Notes: generated from the sequence alone by a model not told the origin. A stretch of 63,968 nucleotides of DNA, filler included, from 6 parts of 6 records of this genome joined end to end with filler, not necessarily neighbours in it; one strand, 5' to 3'. Counted from the whole stretch's first letter, positions 1-9,759 are shown. Numbers and translations: made by a program.

Positions 1-6
1 ACCGGA

Positions 7-1191
7 TCAGCCTTCGCGCCCGTCGGGCCGCGGACTGGCCAGAATGCCAGTGTAACGTACGAGAAACAGGCCATAGGCCAGTATCCACAGCAGCGTGCTG
101 GTGCCAATGCCGGGGTGCCAGGGAATCAGGTTCAAGGCAGTCAACACTCGAACAACCGCAGCCAGTTGTATGGCTACAAACGCGAGAACCATGCCCTTTG
201 GCAGCACCAGAGGGCGGCCGGTGTGGCCCAGTGACACGCGAGCAATCACGCCCAGAATCAGGCAGCCGATGGCGCCGGTACCGGCCGCATGGCTCCAGGC
301 ATTGGTTGGCCATCCCGCTACCAGAGAACCCGCCAGTAGAATCAATGCAACCGGCACCCAGAGAATGGACAGGTGAAGAATCCAGAGCAGAGGATCTTTG
401 CGCACCAGCCAGCCTTTCCAGTTATACAGGCGCACGAGCATCAAGGCTGCTGTAACCACAGCAAGGGCGGCGGTGACGGTTTGCCAGCCGGTAACCAGAG
501 ATGCCATCAGCAGGATCATGGAAAACAGCGCCGCCATATCCAGTGCCGGAATCATCTTCACCGCCTCGGCATTGCCACCACGCTGGCGCAGCCATCCGGC
601 TGAGAATGCCGGGGTAATCCGGCCTCCGATGATACTGATCAGGGCCATGGCCATGATCAGCGCACCATAGCTGAACGCCATGTTCAGGCGGGTGACAAAG
701 CCGATTTGCATCAGCCAGAGCAGCCCGAGCACCACCAGGATCATCTGCTGTCGTTTCTGGCGGGCCTTCCACACGCGCCAGCCGGCATCGATCATCACCA
801 GGGGCAGGAACGCCAGATTCACGCCCTGTACCAGCCAGTCCGGCAGGTTGCCGCCAAAGGCCAGCAACAGGCGACCGGCCAGCCAGACGCCCCAGAGACC
901 TGCAAGCAGTGCACCGTGGGTTCGGTTGGTCTGGGTCCAGACGCAGACAGCAGTGAGCAGAAAGCCTGCGATGGCGGCAGACAAAAAGCCGAACAGCATT
1001 TCATGCTGGTGCCAGAACAGGGCGGGCAGGGCCAGTGGCAGCTGAACCAGGCCGGTGACTTCCAGGACCCATACCGGGATGGCAACAATGGCCAGTACCG
1101 TCATGGACAGGAAAAAAATCCGGAAAGGATAGGAAAAGAGTTGGCTGAGGCTGGCAGACGCCCGTTCAGGGGAAGTCGGTATGGCCTGCAT
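7..1191 (-). CDS. nnrS: NnrS family protein (NO-stress membrane protein)
   Basis: Multi-TM ORF with WHQHEMLFGF, GFLLTAV..WT, IGGRITPAF and RVSLGHTGR motifs; ATG at 1191 preceded by GGAG. Confidence 0.92.
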   Translation of the reverse strand: MQAIPTSPERASASLSQLFSYPFRIFFLSMTVLAIVAIPVWVLEVTGLVQLPLALPALFWHQHEMLFGFLSAAIAGFLLTAVCVWTQTNRTHGALLAGLWGVWLAGRLLLAFGGNLPDWLVQGVNLAFLPLVMIDAGWRVWKARQKRQQMILVVLGLLWLMQIGFVTRLNMAFSYGALIMAMALISIIGGRITPAFSAGWLRQRGGNAEAVKMIPALDMAALFSMILLMASLVTGWQTVTAALAVVTAALMLVRLYNWKGWLVRKDPLLWILHLSILWVPVALILLAGSLVAGWPTNAWSHAAGTGAIGCLILGVIARVSLGHTGRPLVLPKGMVLAFVAIQLAAVVRVLTALNLIPWHPGIGTSTLLWILAYGLFLVRYTGILASPRPDGREG

Positions 1192-1206
1192 AGATGTCTC
1201 CCACAT

Positions 1207-1227
1207 ACATGTATTCTGGGTATATGT
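1207..1227. promoter_or_regulatory. Putative NsrR-type operator upstream of nnrS
   Basis: Imperfect palindrome ACATGTAT-TCTGG-GTATATGT resembling ATGYAT-N5-ATRCAT, just upstream of the nnrS RBS. Confidence 0.5.
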
Positions 1228-1252
1228 TAAACCTTCGCGCCTGTATTAACCA

Positions 1253-1268
1253 TACCTGCTTGGGGGTA
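1253..1268. promoter_or_regulatory. NarL/NarP-like 7-2-7 site
   Basis: TACCTGC-TT-GGGGGTA in the nnrS/sirB2 divergent intergenic region. Confidence 0.45.
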
Positions 1269-1314
1269 GTTTGCGTACAATGGCCGCAAATCGTTTGTTA
1301 ACAAAGGAACTTTC

Positions 1315-1686
1315 ATGACCTCGTACATGATCCTGAAGCACCTGCACATGACCACCGCCTACCTCACCATCACGCTGTTTGCCCTGCGGCTACTGCTGGA
1401 TGCGGTCGGGCGACCGGGCTGGCGCCAGACGCCGCTGCGGTTCATTCCCCATATTAACGACACCATCTTGCTGGTCGCGGCGATTGCGCTGGTGTTTGTG
1501 GCCGGTTATGCCTCTGCCATGCCGGGTTGGCTGATCACCAAGATCGTGTTGTTATTCGGTTACATCATTGCCGGGGTGTTTGCGCTGAAAACCACTGTGG
1601 GCAAGCCCGTTCGCATCGTGGCGGCGGTACTTGCCCTGGTCCAGGTGAGTGCCATTTTCCATCTGGCCATGGCCAAGCCATTCTGA
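1315..1686 (+). CDS. SirB2 family membrane protein
   Basis: KHLH, PHINDTILL and WLITKIVLLFGYI motifs; 4 TM; RBS AAGGA. Confidence 0.88.
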   Translation: MTSYMILKHLHMTTAYLTITLFALRLLLDAVGRPGWRQTPLRFIPHINDTILLVAAIALVFVAGYASAMPGWLITKIVLLFGYIIAGVFALKTTVGKPVRIVAAVLALVQVSAIFHLAMAKPF

Positions 1687-1687
1687 A

Positions 1688-2509
1688 TCAGCGTTTCTCG
1701 CTGACCTGCTTCGTCAGTTCCTGTAGCTGTTCCTGCACAGCCTGGAGCTGACGGGCAATCTCATCCCGCTCGTCGTGAGCCTTCTGGGCCTGTTTGGCGT
1801 TCTGCTCCTCGCTCATCACTTCCAGTATCGCCCCGATCATCATGTTCAGGAAGACAAACGCTGTCAGGAAGATAAAGGTCAGGTAGTACAGCCAGCTCAT
1901 GGGATAGTCTTCCATGGTGGCATACATCACGTCGGTCCAGTCCTCAAAGGTGGCAACCCGGAACAGCGTGAGCATGGCGATGGCGACATCGCCCCAGAGT
2001 GTTTCGTCAACGCTGGCGAAGAACATGGAGCCCATGGCAGCGTAGATGTAGAAGATGATGAACATCAGCAGGGCAATGTAGCCCATGCGTGGAATGGCTT
2101 TGAGTAACGAGTTGATCAGAAAGCGCAGCTCGGGCACCACTGATACCAGTCGAAGCACCCGGAATACCCGCAGTAGCCGGCCCAGCAACACCGCCTCGGA
2201 ATTGTCCAGAGGGATCAGGCTGCCGATAACCACGATGGTGTCGAACAGGTTCCAGCCATCCATGAGAAAGCGGCGTTTGAGTGGGCAGGCGGCGAACCGG
2301 AACAGGATCTCCACCAGAAAGAACAGGGTGATGGCGTTGTCCATCACCGACAGGCTCTGTTCCACCAGAGGTGGCAGATCATAGGTTTTGGCGCCGATGG
2401 TCAGGGCAGACAGAATAATGATGGCGATAACAACAGTCTGGAACACCTTGCTCGATTCAATGCGCTTGAGCTGGGCAAAGCTGCTGGCGGGATTCATGTC
2501 CATGGACAT
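1688..2509 (-). CDS. Bacterial voltage-gated cation channel (BacNav-like ion transporter)
   Basis: 6 TM; S4 RLLRVFRVLR; WNLFD in S3; filter TFEDWTD; C-terminal coiled coil. Start placed at ATG 2509 after GGAG. Confidence 0.9.
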   Translation of the reverse strand: MSMDMNPASSFAQLKRIESSKVFQTVVIAIIILSALTIGAKTYDLPPLVEQSLSVMDNAITLFFLVEILFRFAACPLKRRFLMDGWNLFDTIVVIGSLIPLDNSEAVLLGRLLRVFRVLRLVSVVPELRFLINSLLKAIPRMGYIALLMFIIFYIYAAMGSMFFASVDETLWGDVAIAMLTLFRVATFEDWTDVMYATMEDYPMSWLYYLTFIFLTAFVFLNMMIGAILEVMSEEQNAKQAQKAHDERDEIARQLQAVQEQLQELTKQVSEKR

Positions 2510-2586
2510 CTCGACGGCTCCGGGAGAATTGAAACGCGGCAATTCTAAAGCTCCGGAGCCGGCGGTGGTAGGTCTGTGATCTGAGT

Positions 2587-3045
2587 TTAATCGACCAGGT
2601 GGAGGATTTGCTGCCACTCGGCATCGCTGACCGGCATGACCGAGAGTCGGCTGCCTCTGCGCACCAGAGGCAGTTCACTGAGCTCCGGCATGGCTTTGAG
2701 TGTGTCCAGGGAGATCAATGCCGGCAGTTTCCGTTCAAACTGCAGGTCGACCGCTTGCCAACGAGGCTTTTCCGCAGTGCTTTTCGGGTCGTAGTAGGAA
2801 GACTCCGGGTTGAACTGGCTCGGGTCCGGGTAGGCGGACTTCACTACGCGAACAATACCGGCAATGCCGATGCGCTTGCAGCTGGAGTGATAGATAAAGA
2901 CCAGATCTCCCACCTGCATCTTTGCCAGGAAGTTGCGGGCCTGGTAATTGCGCACACCATCCCAGGGAATAACACCCTCAGGCTGACGGGCAAAATCATC
3001 AATGCCACACTCAGAGGGTTCGGTTTTAACCAGCCATTTTGCCAC
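2587..3045 (-). CDS. EVE domain protein
   Basis: WLVKTEP, WDGVRNYQARN, YHSSC and RLSVMPV motifs. Confidence 0.93.
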   Translation of the reverse strand: MAKWLVKTEPSECGIDDFARQPEGVIPWDGVRNYQARNFLAKMQVGDLVFIYHSSCKRIGIAGIVRVVKSAYPDPSQFNPESSYYDPKSTAEKPRWQAVDLQFERKLPALISLDTLKAMPELSELPLVRRGSRLSVMPVSDAEWQQILHLVD

Positions 3046-3083
3046 CAGAGGAGCTCCACTCGATCATTGTCGGGCCAGTATAC

Positions 3084-3105
3084 AAAAAAGCCCCGAAGGC
3101 GGGGC
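3084..3105 (-). terminator. Rho-independent terminator after narK
   Basis: GCCCCG-CCTT-CGGGGC followed by a T-run on the minus strand. Confidence 0.75.
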
Positions 3106-3133
3106 ATAAAGCACGAAACGGTGTCCGGGGCGG

Positions 3134-4492
3134 TTATCCGTGTTGGTTGGACCCCTGCCTGGGGGCACCCGCTGCCGGATGACGGTTCATGGGATAGAAC
3201 AGCTGCGGGGAGGCCAGCTCCGGCAGATCGGTCTGCTCGGTCTGGGCCGCCCATTCCACCCGTTCCGCTTTGCGGATGGCGTAGTGCATCCAGGCCAGGG
3301 CTGCTGCCACAATGGCGAACATCAGCATGAAGCAGCTTTGCCAGATGCCGGTTATGTCGTTCAGCACACCAAAGGTGAGTGGCAGGATGAAACCGCCGAT
3401 ACCGCCGATCATGCCCACCACACCACCCACGGCACCGACATGCATCGGGTAATACACCGGAATGTGTTTGTAGACCGCCGCTTTACCCAGTGACATGAAA
3501 AAACCGAGGATAAAGGTGAGCACCACGAACATGGGCAGGCTCATGGCCAGCGTGAAATTGATATCTCCCTCGATGCCATGCACCACATAGCGGGTGGGCG
3601 GATAACTGAGCAGGAAGGTACAGACTACCGAGGCAATGAATGTCCAGTACATCACACGTCGGGCGCCGTAGCGGTCCGACAGCCAGCCCCCGAGGACGCG
3701 GAACAGGGATGCCGGGATGGTATAGAGCGCGGCGATCATGCCGGCGGTTTTGATGTCCAGGCCATAAACGCCGATCAGGTAATGGGGTAGCCAGAGGGCC
3801 AGGGCAACAAAGGCGCCGAACACAAAAAAATAGTACAGGGCAAAGCGCCACACCCGAAGCTCCCGGAGCGGCGCCATCTGTTCGGCAAACGATTTCTGTT
3901 CGGCGTTTCGGCGTTGTTCGGCCAGCGGGTCGGTTTTTGCCAGTAGCAGGAAGGCGATACCCATGATGGCCAGCACCGTGGCGTATATCTGCGCGGTTTT
4001 CTCCCAGCCGAAGGCTACCAGCAGAAACGGGGCGCCGAAGTTGGTCACGGCAGAACCGACGTTGCCGGCGCCGAAAATGCCCAGTGCTGTACCCTGTTTA
4101 GCCGGTTCAAACCAGGCCGCAGTATAGGCCACCCCGACAATGAAAGCGCCGCCGGCCAGGCCCACCCCGAGGGCCCCGACCAGCATCATGGCGTAAGTGG
4201 TAGCAAAGGTCAGCAGATACACGCAGGCCGCCGTGGTCAGCATCAGAATACCGAACACCCAGCGCCCGCCGTAACGGTCGGTCCAGATGCCCAGGAATAA
4301 TCGACTGATGGAGCCGGTAAGAATCGGCGTGGCCATCAGCAATCCCAGCTGGGTGTCGGACAGCGCCAGCTCTTCACTGATGCGAATGCCGATGATGGAA
4401 AAGATGGTCCAGACGGCGAAACAAAGGGTGAAGGCAAAGGTAGAAAGGCCCAATGCCCGATATTGCTGAGCTTTGGCGGGCATGCTCGTCAT
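3134..4492 (-). CDS. narK: NarK family nitrate/nitrite MFS transporter (NarK1-like)
   Basis: MFS with GTALGIFGAGNVG, YFFVFGAFVAL and LGKAAVYKHIP motifs; ATG 4492 after GGAGAG. Confidence 0.88.
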   Translation of the reverse strand: MTSMPAKAQQYRALGLSTFAFTLCFAVWTIFSIIGIRISEELALSDTQLGLLMATPILTGSISRLFLGIWTDRYGGRWVFGILMLTTAACVYLLTFATTYAMMLVGALGVGLAGGAFIVGVAYTAAWFEPAKQGTALGIFGAGNVGSAVTNFGAPFLLVAFGWEKTAQIYATVLAIMGIAFLLLAKTDPLAEQRRNAEQKSFAEQMAPLRELRVWRFALYYFFVFGAFVALALWLPHYLIGVYGLDIKTAGMIAALYTIPASLFRVLGGWLSDRYGARRVMYWTFIASVVCTFLLSYPPTRYVVHGIEGDINFTLAMSLPMFVVLTFILGFFMSLGKAAVYKHIPVYYPMHVGAVGGVVGMIGGIGGFILPLTFGVLNDITGIWQSCFMLMFAIVAAALAWMHYAIRKAERVEWAAQTEQTDLPELASPQLFYPMNRHPAAGAPRQGSNQHG

Positions 4493-4663
4493 GGTCTCTC
4501 CTGGCCAGATAACTCTCCTCTGAAACCATACCAAAAAGCCGGATTTCTGGGCCGACGCATTAGAGGTACCTCCTGCTGGGTGCAAAGGGGGTAGGTCAAT
4601 GGTCACTATCCCGGGAAAGGTGATATTCCGGGGCTTTCTCTGGTGGGGTACGCGAGTTCAGGC

Positions 4664-4677
4664 TTGATCAAGATCAA
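4664..4677. promoter_or_regulatory. FNR/Anr/Dnr box (perfect consensus)
   Basis: TTGAT-CAAG-ATCAA. Confidence 0.85.
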
Positions 4678-4706
4678 TTATGGTAGCTGGGTGCTATGGG
4701 GTAATG

Positions 4707-4720
4707 CTGACTGATATCAA
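4707..4720. promoter_or_regulatory. Second FNR/Anr/Dnr-like box
   Basis: CTGAC-TGAT-ATCAA; a minus-strand -10 CATAAT at 4682-4677 lies at roughly class II spacing. Confidence 0.65.
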
Positions 4721-4764
4721 CTCGAATGCCTCCGTTTTGGGGGGTGTGATACCGGGAGAACCCC

Positions 4765-5226
4765 ATGAACATCATGATTGCCTACGACGGTTCCCGAAAC
4801 GCGAAACTGGCGCTGGCCCAGACCATCACCATGTTTCGGCGGCTGGAGCCAAAAATCACGCTGGTTGCGGTGGCAGAAAACCCACGCGACATCACCTCCG
4901 GCAATGAAGACCTGTTTCAGGAAGAAGTGGGCGAGCTGAAACAGCACCTGCAGGAAGCGCTGGAACTGTGTGAAAGCGAGCAGGTAAGCGCTGAGACCCT
5001 GATGCTGGAGGGTGACGCCCGAAAGAGCCTGCTGTTTGCCGCAGAGAAGAAGGTACGGCCAGACATGCTGGTCATCGCTCGTCACAGTCATGAGCCTGAC
5101 GGCGGCTTCATTGCCCGATCATTGACCTATTTCGTGGACGAACTGGATTACATGACGTTTGGCAGCGTCAGCTCCTTCCTGGCTCGCCGGATCCAGTGTC
5201 CGCTCCTGATTCTGCCCAGCCGTTGA
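4765..5226 (+). CDS. Universal stress protein (USP)
   Basis: N-terminal IMIAYDGS and C-terminal GSVSSFLARRIQCPLLIL motifs. Confidence 0.9.
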   Translation: MNIMIAYDGSRNAKLALAQTITMFRRLEPKITLVAVAENPRDITSGNEDLFQEEVGELKQHLQEALELCESEQVSAETLMLEGDARKSLLFAAEKKVRPDMLVIARHSHEPDGGFIARSLTYFVDELDYMTFGSVSSFLARRIQCPLLILPSR

Positions 5227-5272
5227 TGGCCGGGAATACCTGTTTCCATTGTCTTAGCCCCGGGAGGCTGAA

Positions 5273-6778
5273 ATGAAAGTCGCTGACGTATTCCGCGTTC
5301 GCAATCCGGAGATCAGGGCACTGCATCTGACCTGGATTGCCTTCTTCATTACTTTCTATGTCTGGTTCAACATGGCGCCATTGGCGTCCAGCATGCTCAA
5401 AAGCGTGGACTGGTTGACCAAGGACGACCTGCGCCTGTTTGCCATCTGTAACGTGGCGCTGACGATTCCCGCCCGCATTATCGTGGGTATGGCGCTGGAC
5501 CGCTTCGGTCCACGTAGGGTGTTTTCGGTGTTGATGGTGGTGATGGCCATACCGGCGCTGGTGTTTGCTTTTGGTAACACCATGGCTCAGTTGCTGGTCA
5601 GCCGCCTGGTACTGAGCTCCATCGGTGCCAGCTTTGTGGTTGGTATTCATATGACTGCCATGTGGTTCAAACCCAAGGACATTGGCTTTGCAGAAGGCTT
5701 TTATGCGGGCTGGGGCAACTTTGGTTCTGCGGCGGCGGCCATGTCACTGCCGACCATTGCCATTACCATGTACGGCGGTGAAGACGGCTGGCGCTGGGCC
5801 ATCGCCCAGAGTGCCATCGTGATGGCGGCCTACGGCGTCTACTACTGGTTCGCGATTACCGACGGCCCTGCCGGTACCGTGCATCGCAAACCCCGCAAGG
5901 CGGTGGCGCTGGAAGTCAGCACCTGGGGTGATATGGTCAAGCTGATCCTGTGGACCATTCCTTTGGTCGGAGTATTGGCAATTCTGGTGTGGCGTATCCA
6001 GAACATGGGGTACCTGTCTGCCACCGGGGCTGCTATCTGTTACGCGGTGATCTTCGCCATTGTCTGCTATCAGATTGTTCAGATACTGCGGGTAAATGTA
6101 CCCATCCTGAAGAAAGGCGTGCCTGAGGACGACAAATACCCGTTCAACAGTGTTGCTGCCCTGAACAGCACCTACTTCGCTAACTTTGGCGCGGAACTCG
6201 CCGTGGTCTCCATGCTGCCGATGTTTTTCGAAGAGACCTGGAGCCTGAGCGCAACGGCAGCGGGGCTGATTGCGGCCTCTTTCGCCTTCGTGAACTTGAT
6301 GGCGCGTCCGATGGGCGGCCTGGTATCTGACCGCATGGGGAACCGCCGCTTCGTGATGCTCAGCTACATGTTCGGTATTGCCGTAGGCTTCGGACTGATG
6401 GGCCTGCTGGATTCCAACTGGCCTCTGATCGTGGCTGTGGCAATCACTGTGTTCACATCCTTCTTCGTACAGGGGGCAGAAGGCGCCACCTTTGGCATCA
6501 TCCCGTCTATCAAGCGCCGGTTAACCGGTCAGATATCCGGTATGGCAGGGGCTTATGGCAACGTCGGTGCGGTGGTCTACCTGACCATCTTCACCTTCGT
6601 TACCCCGACCCAGTTCTTCTTCATCATCGCCGCTGGAGCCTTTGTCAGTTGGATACTGTGCATTATGTGGCTGAAGGAACCCGAGAGCGGCTTCTCTGAG
6701 GAATACCACGTGTCTTCTGTCGATCTACAGATCGAAGAAGAGGAGCGCCAACGGTTGGCGGGCCAGACAGCACGGTAA
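5273..6778 (+). CDS. narK: NarK/NrtP-type nitrate/nitrite MFS transporter
   Basis: GFAEGFYAGWGNFG, NFGAELAV and QGAEGATF nitrate-signature-like motifs; RBS GGAGG. Confidence 0.88.
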   Translation: MKVADVFRVRNPEIRALHLTWIAFFITFYVWFNMAPLASSMLKSVDWLTKDDLRLFAICNVALTIPARIIVGMALDRFGPRRVFSVLMVVMAIPALVFAFGNTMAQLLVSRLVLSSIGASFVVGIHMTAMWFKPKDIGFAEGFYAGWGNFGSAAAAMSLPTIAITMYGGEDGWRWAIAQSAIVMAAYGVYYWFAITDGPAGTVHRKPRKAVALEVSTWGDMVKLILWTIPLVGVLAILVWRIQNMGYLSATGAAICYAVIFAIVCYQIVQILRVNVPILKKGVPEDDKYPFNSVAALNSTYFANFGAELAVVSMLPMFFEETWSLSATAAGLIAASFAFVNLMARPMGGLVSDRMGNRRFVMLSYMFGIAVGFGLMGLLDSNWPLIVAVAITVFTSFFVQGAEGATFGIIPSIKRRLTGQISGMAGAYGNVGAVVYLTIFTFVTPTQFFFIIAAGAFVSWILCIMWLKEPESGFSEEYHVSSVDLQIEEEERQRLAGQTAR

Positions 6779-6808
6779 AAACGTTCCCTTTACAACGGGA
6801 GCTGTGAC

Positions 6809-6841
6809 AACCCGCCGCGGAGCAATCCCGGCGGGTTTTTT
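6809..6841 (+). terminator. Rho-independent terminator
   Basis: AACCCGCCG...CGGCGGGTT stem followed by a T-run. Confidence 0.75.
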
Positions 6842-6880
6842 GTATGCTCGGAGGAAAGTGGTCGCAACAGGAGATAGGCC

Positions 6881-7507
6881 ATGGGGTTCTGGGAACGCTG
6901 GTCCGGGCTGCTGGGGGCGGTGTTGGCGCTGGCCCTGTTACTCGGGCTCTGGCAGCTGCTGGGCGAGGGCGAGGACCTGGAAGCCCGTGACAGCAGGGGC
7001 AGAACGCCTCTGATTGTTGCAGCGGAAGAGGGCGATACTGACCGGGTTGCCGAGCTGATCGAGCGCGGGGCCCGGGTTGACGCAGGGGATGACTGCAACT
7101 GGACAGCCATGGTGAGGGCTGCCTCCCGTGGTCATACCGACAGTCTTGCCTTCCTGCTGGACCATGGCGCTGAGATTAACCATGCCGAGAAAACCGGCTA
7201 TACGGCCCTGATGGGAGCGGTGATCGCCAACCGCCCGGAGGCTGTACGCCTCCTGTTGGCCAGAGGCGCCGATCCCGACATCCAGGAATACGAGAACGGG
7301 CAGACCGCGCTGATGATGGCGGTGCGCAACCGCAATCCGGAACTGGTTCGTTTGCTGCTCTCTGCCGGGGCAGATCCGGAGCTGGTTAATAAAGCGGGCA
7401 AGAGCGCCAGGGATCTGGCCCTGGTGGCAAGTGCCGGGGAGGGGGAGCCCATGCAGCAGGTGCTCAATGCCCTGGGTTGTGAGCCCGAAGCCGTGGAAAA
7501 ACGCTGA
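6881..7507 (+). CDS. Membrane-anchored ankyrin repeat protein
   Basis: N-terminal hydrophobic segment then about four ankyrin repeats (GRTPLIVAA, GYTALMGAV, GQTALMMAV). Confidence 0.88.
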   Translation: MGFWERWSGLLGAVLALALLLGLWQLLGEGEDLEARDSRGRTPLIVAAEEGDTDRVAELIERGARVDAGDDCNWTAMVRAASRGHTDSLAFLLDHGAEINHAEKTGYTALMGAVIANRPEAVRLLLARGADPDIQEYENGQTALMMAVRNRNPELVRLLLSAGADPELVNKAGKSARDLALVASAGEGEPMQQVLNALGCEPEAVEKR

Positions 7508-7533
7508 TCATCGGTAGTTCCCTGCCGCCATAT

Positions 7534-7558
7534 AAAAGCCGGCCCTTGCGGGGCCGGC
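7534..7558. terminator. Terminator hairpin between convergent genes
   Basis: AAAA-GCCGGCCC-TTGCG-GGGCCGGC; T-run on the minus strand. Confidence 0.65.
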
Positions 7559-7589
7559 GAGCAGAGGTCTAACGCTTGGATTCTTGCTG

Positions 7590-9182
7590 TTACGGATTCT
7601 TGATGTAAGCGTTCTTGCGCAGGTAGAACCACCAGTTAACCACCAGGCACACCGCATAGAATACCGCAAACCCGTACATGGCCACTTCCGGGGTGCCGGC
7701 CTGGATCTCCTGGCCCATCACACGAGGGGCGATGAAGGCGCCGTAAGCGGCGACGGCCGAGGTCCAGCCCAGTACCGGGCCCTTCTGCTGCTGGTTGAAG
7801 ATAAAACCAATGCTGCGGAAGGTGGAGCCATTGCCAATTCCGCTGGCGGCGAACATCACAATGAACAGGATCAGGAACAGCGCAAAGTAGCTGTTCGGAT
7901 CAGTTGAGTTGTAGGCCAGCATCATCACGTAGCCGGTAGCGACCGAGGCGACGACCATCACCACTGAAATGATCTGGGTAACGATCGAGCCGCCCATCTT
8001 GTCGGAAATCCAGCCGCCGACCGGACGAATCAGGGCGCCGACGAACGGCCCCATCCAGGCCCAGGTCAGAGCGCTGGGCGCATCCGGATTGACTACACGA
8101 GTCATGGTACCGTCGGCGCCTACTTCCATCATGTTGCCGAAGATGACGCTGATGGACAGGGGCAGGGCGGCAGAAAAGCCGATGAAAGAGCCGAACGTAA
8201 GAATGTAAAGTACGGTCATGGACCAGGTGTGCTTGTTGCTGAAAATAGCAAACTGGTTCTTGATGTTGGGTTTGATGTCACCGGGGATCAGTCTGAGCAG
8301 CACCACAGTCAGCACGATGGTGATGGGCAGGGCCAGCCACATGTTCATGACTGACAGGGCCCAGACGCCGGCAATAGAGGTCAGCAGGCCAACGCCATAG
8401 AGACCAAGAATCTTGCCGAAGGCCGACATTGGGTTGCCGGGATTGGGAGTCACCACCTTGAGGTTGTTCATGCCGAACCAGCCCGCGAAGGCCAACGGAA
8501 TCAGAAAGACCAGCCAGATGAAGCCGGCGTTCTGGATCCAGGTGTCGGTGCCGGCCTCAATACGGCCGATCAGGGTGCCGCTGGGGCTTTGCAGTTGCAT
8601 GGGGTCACCGGCAAGAGCACCGAACACGCCAACGGTCATTACCAGTGGAATCAGAATTTGCATGGTGGTCACGCCGAAGTTACCCAGGCCGGCGTTCATG
8701 CCCAGACCGTAACCCTGTTTGCTCTTCGGATAGAATGCACTGATGTTGCTCATGGAGCAGGCAAAGTTACCGCCACCAATACCGGACAGCAACGCCAGTG
8801 CCTGGAACACGATGAACGGTGTGTCCGGGTTCATCAGGGCGACACCGGTGCCGAAAGCCGGGATCATCAGCAAGGCCGTGGTCAGAAAAACGGTATTGCG
8901 ACCGCCAGCAATCTTGATCATGAACGAGGCCGGAATTCGCAGGGTGGCGCCAGAAAGGCCGGCAATGGCAGTCAGCGTGAACAGTTGTTCAACGGTGAAA
9001 GAAAAGCCCAGGTTTTTCATCTGGGTGGTGATCATTCCCCACATCAGCCAGATGGCGAATCCCATCAGCAGGCTGGGGATGGAAATCCACAGGTTGCGGG
9101 AGGCGACTTTTTTGCCCTCCCGCTCCCAGAACTCCTCACTTTCGACATCCCAGTGTTCAATGTCAGCGTTGGTTTTTGCCAT
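7590..9182 (-). CDS. narK: NarK2-type nitrate/nitrite antiporter
   Basis: RNLWISIPSL, GIGGGNFACSMSNI, TFGSFIGFS and GIGNGSTF motifs. Confidence 0.92.
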   Translation of the reverse strand: MAKTNADIEHWDVESEEFWEREGKKVASRNLWISIPSLLMGFAIWLMWGMITTQMKNLGFSFTVEQLFTLTAIAGLSGATLRIPASFMIKIAGGRNTVFLTTALLMIPAFGTGVALMNPDTPFIVFQALALLSGIGGGNFACSMSNISAFYPKSKQGYGLGMNAGLGNFGVTTMQILIPLVMTVGVFGALAGDPMQLQSPSGTLIGRIEAGTDTWIQNAGFIWLVFLIPLAFAGWFGMNNLKVVTPNPGNPMSAFGKILGLYGVGLLTSIAGVWALSVMNMWLALPITIVLTVVLLRLIPGDIKPNIKNQFAIFSNKHTWSMTVLYILTFGSFIGFSAALPLSISVIFGNMMEVGADGTMTRVVNPDAPSALTWAWMGPFVGALIRPVGGWISDKMGGSIVTQIISVVMVVASVATGYVMMLAYNSTDPNSYFALFLILFIVMFAASGIGNGSTFRSIGFIFNQQQKGPVLGWTSAVAAYGAFIAPRVMGQEIQAGTPEVAMYGFAVFYAVCLVVNWWFYLRKNAYIKNP

Positions 9183-9276
9183 GGTTAAGCTCCTCGTTTC
9201 CTCGACCCGGAGCCACCTGAATCAGTGGCTGTCACGGTATTGGGCTCATTTTGCAAACGAGGCAGGTGTTTCAATC

Positions 9277-9290
9277 CTGACAAATATCAA
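9277..9290 (-). promoter_or_regulatory. FNR/Anr box of the narK2 promoter
   Basis: Minus strand TTGAT-ATTT-GTCAG with a -10-like CAAAAT at 9253-9248; NarL-like heptamer TACCTCT at 9433-9427. Confidence 0.7.
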
Positions 9291-9438
9291 GGAAGGTTAT
9301 CTGCAATATGATCTCGCGATTCGGTTGCTTCGGCGGCAGGTTTTTCTGGCTTTTAAAGCCTTTAAAAACAATTTGTTATGGTGGTGGTATGCCGTAGGTA
9401 GTAGTTGCCTTTCGAGTTGGCGCAGTAGAGGTAGCCAA

Positions 9439-9759
9439 TCATTTCCGGTGGCTATGGCGGGCCGTGCCGGGTTTGTGCGTAAGCGGATATAGGGCCATTA
9501 CCTGACCGGCGACGCCTGCAAAGGTCAGAGCCCAGCAGCCGGAAGAGAACCAAAGAAGTTCAGGTTGGGAGTAAGGCGTGGCCCCCGCCAGGTAGCGGCT
9601 TATGGTGGCGGCTGCCACCAGTATCGCGATGGCGATAACCTGCCATGCCGGCGGAAATGTCCGGCGTGCCCGCTGCCAGGCCAGTCGAAGCATCACGCTA
9701 CCCGACAGTGTCCCCAGCGCCCCGACAACAATCAGGTGCAACGAGGGCAGAACCGGCCG
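9439..9759 (-). CDS. NnrS-like protein, C-terminal part (truncated by contig end)
   Basis: HLIVVGALGTL..VMLR motif and terminal TM helices typical of the NnrS C-terminus. Confidence 0.6.
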   Translation of the reverse strand, partial: RPVLPSLHLIVVGALGTLSGSVMLRLAWQRARRTFPPAWQVIAIAILVAAATISRYLAGATPYSQPELLWFSSGCWALTFAGVAGQVMALYPLTHKPGTARHSHRK

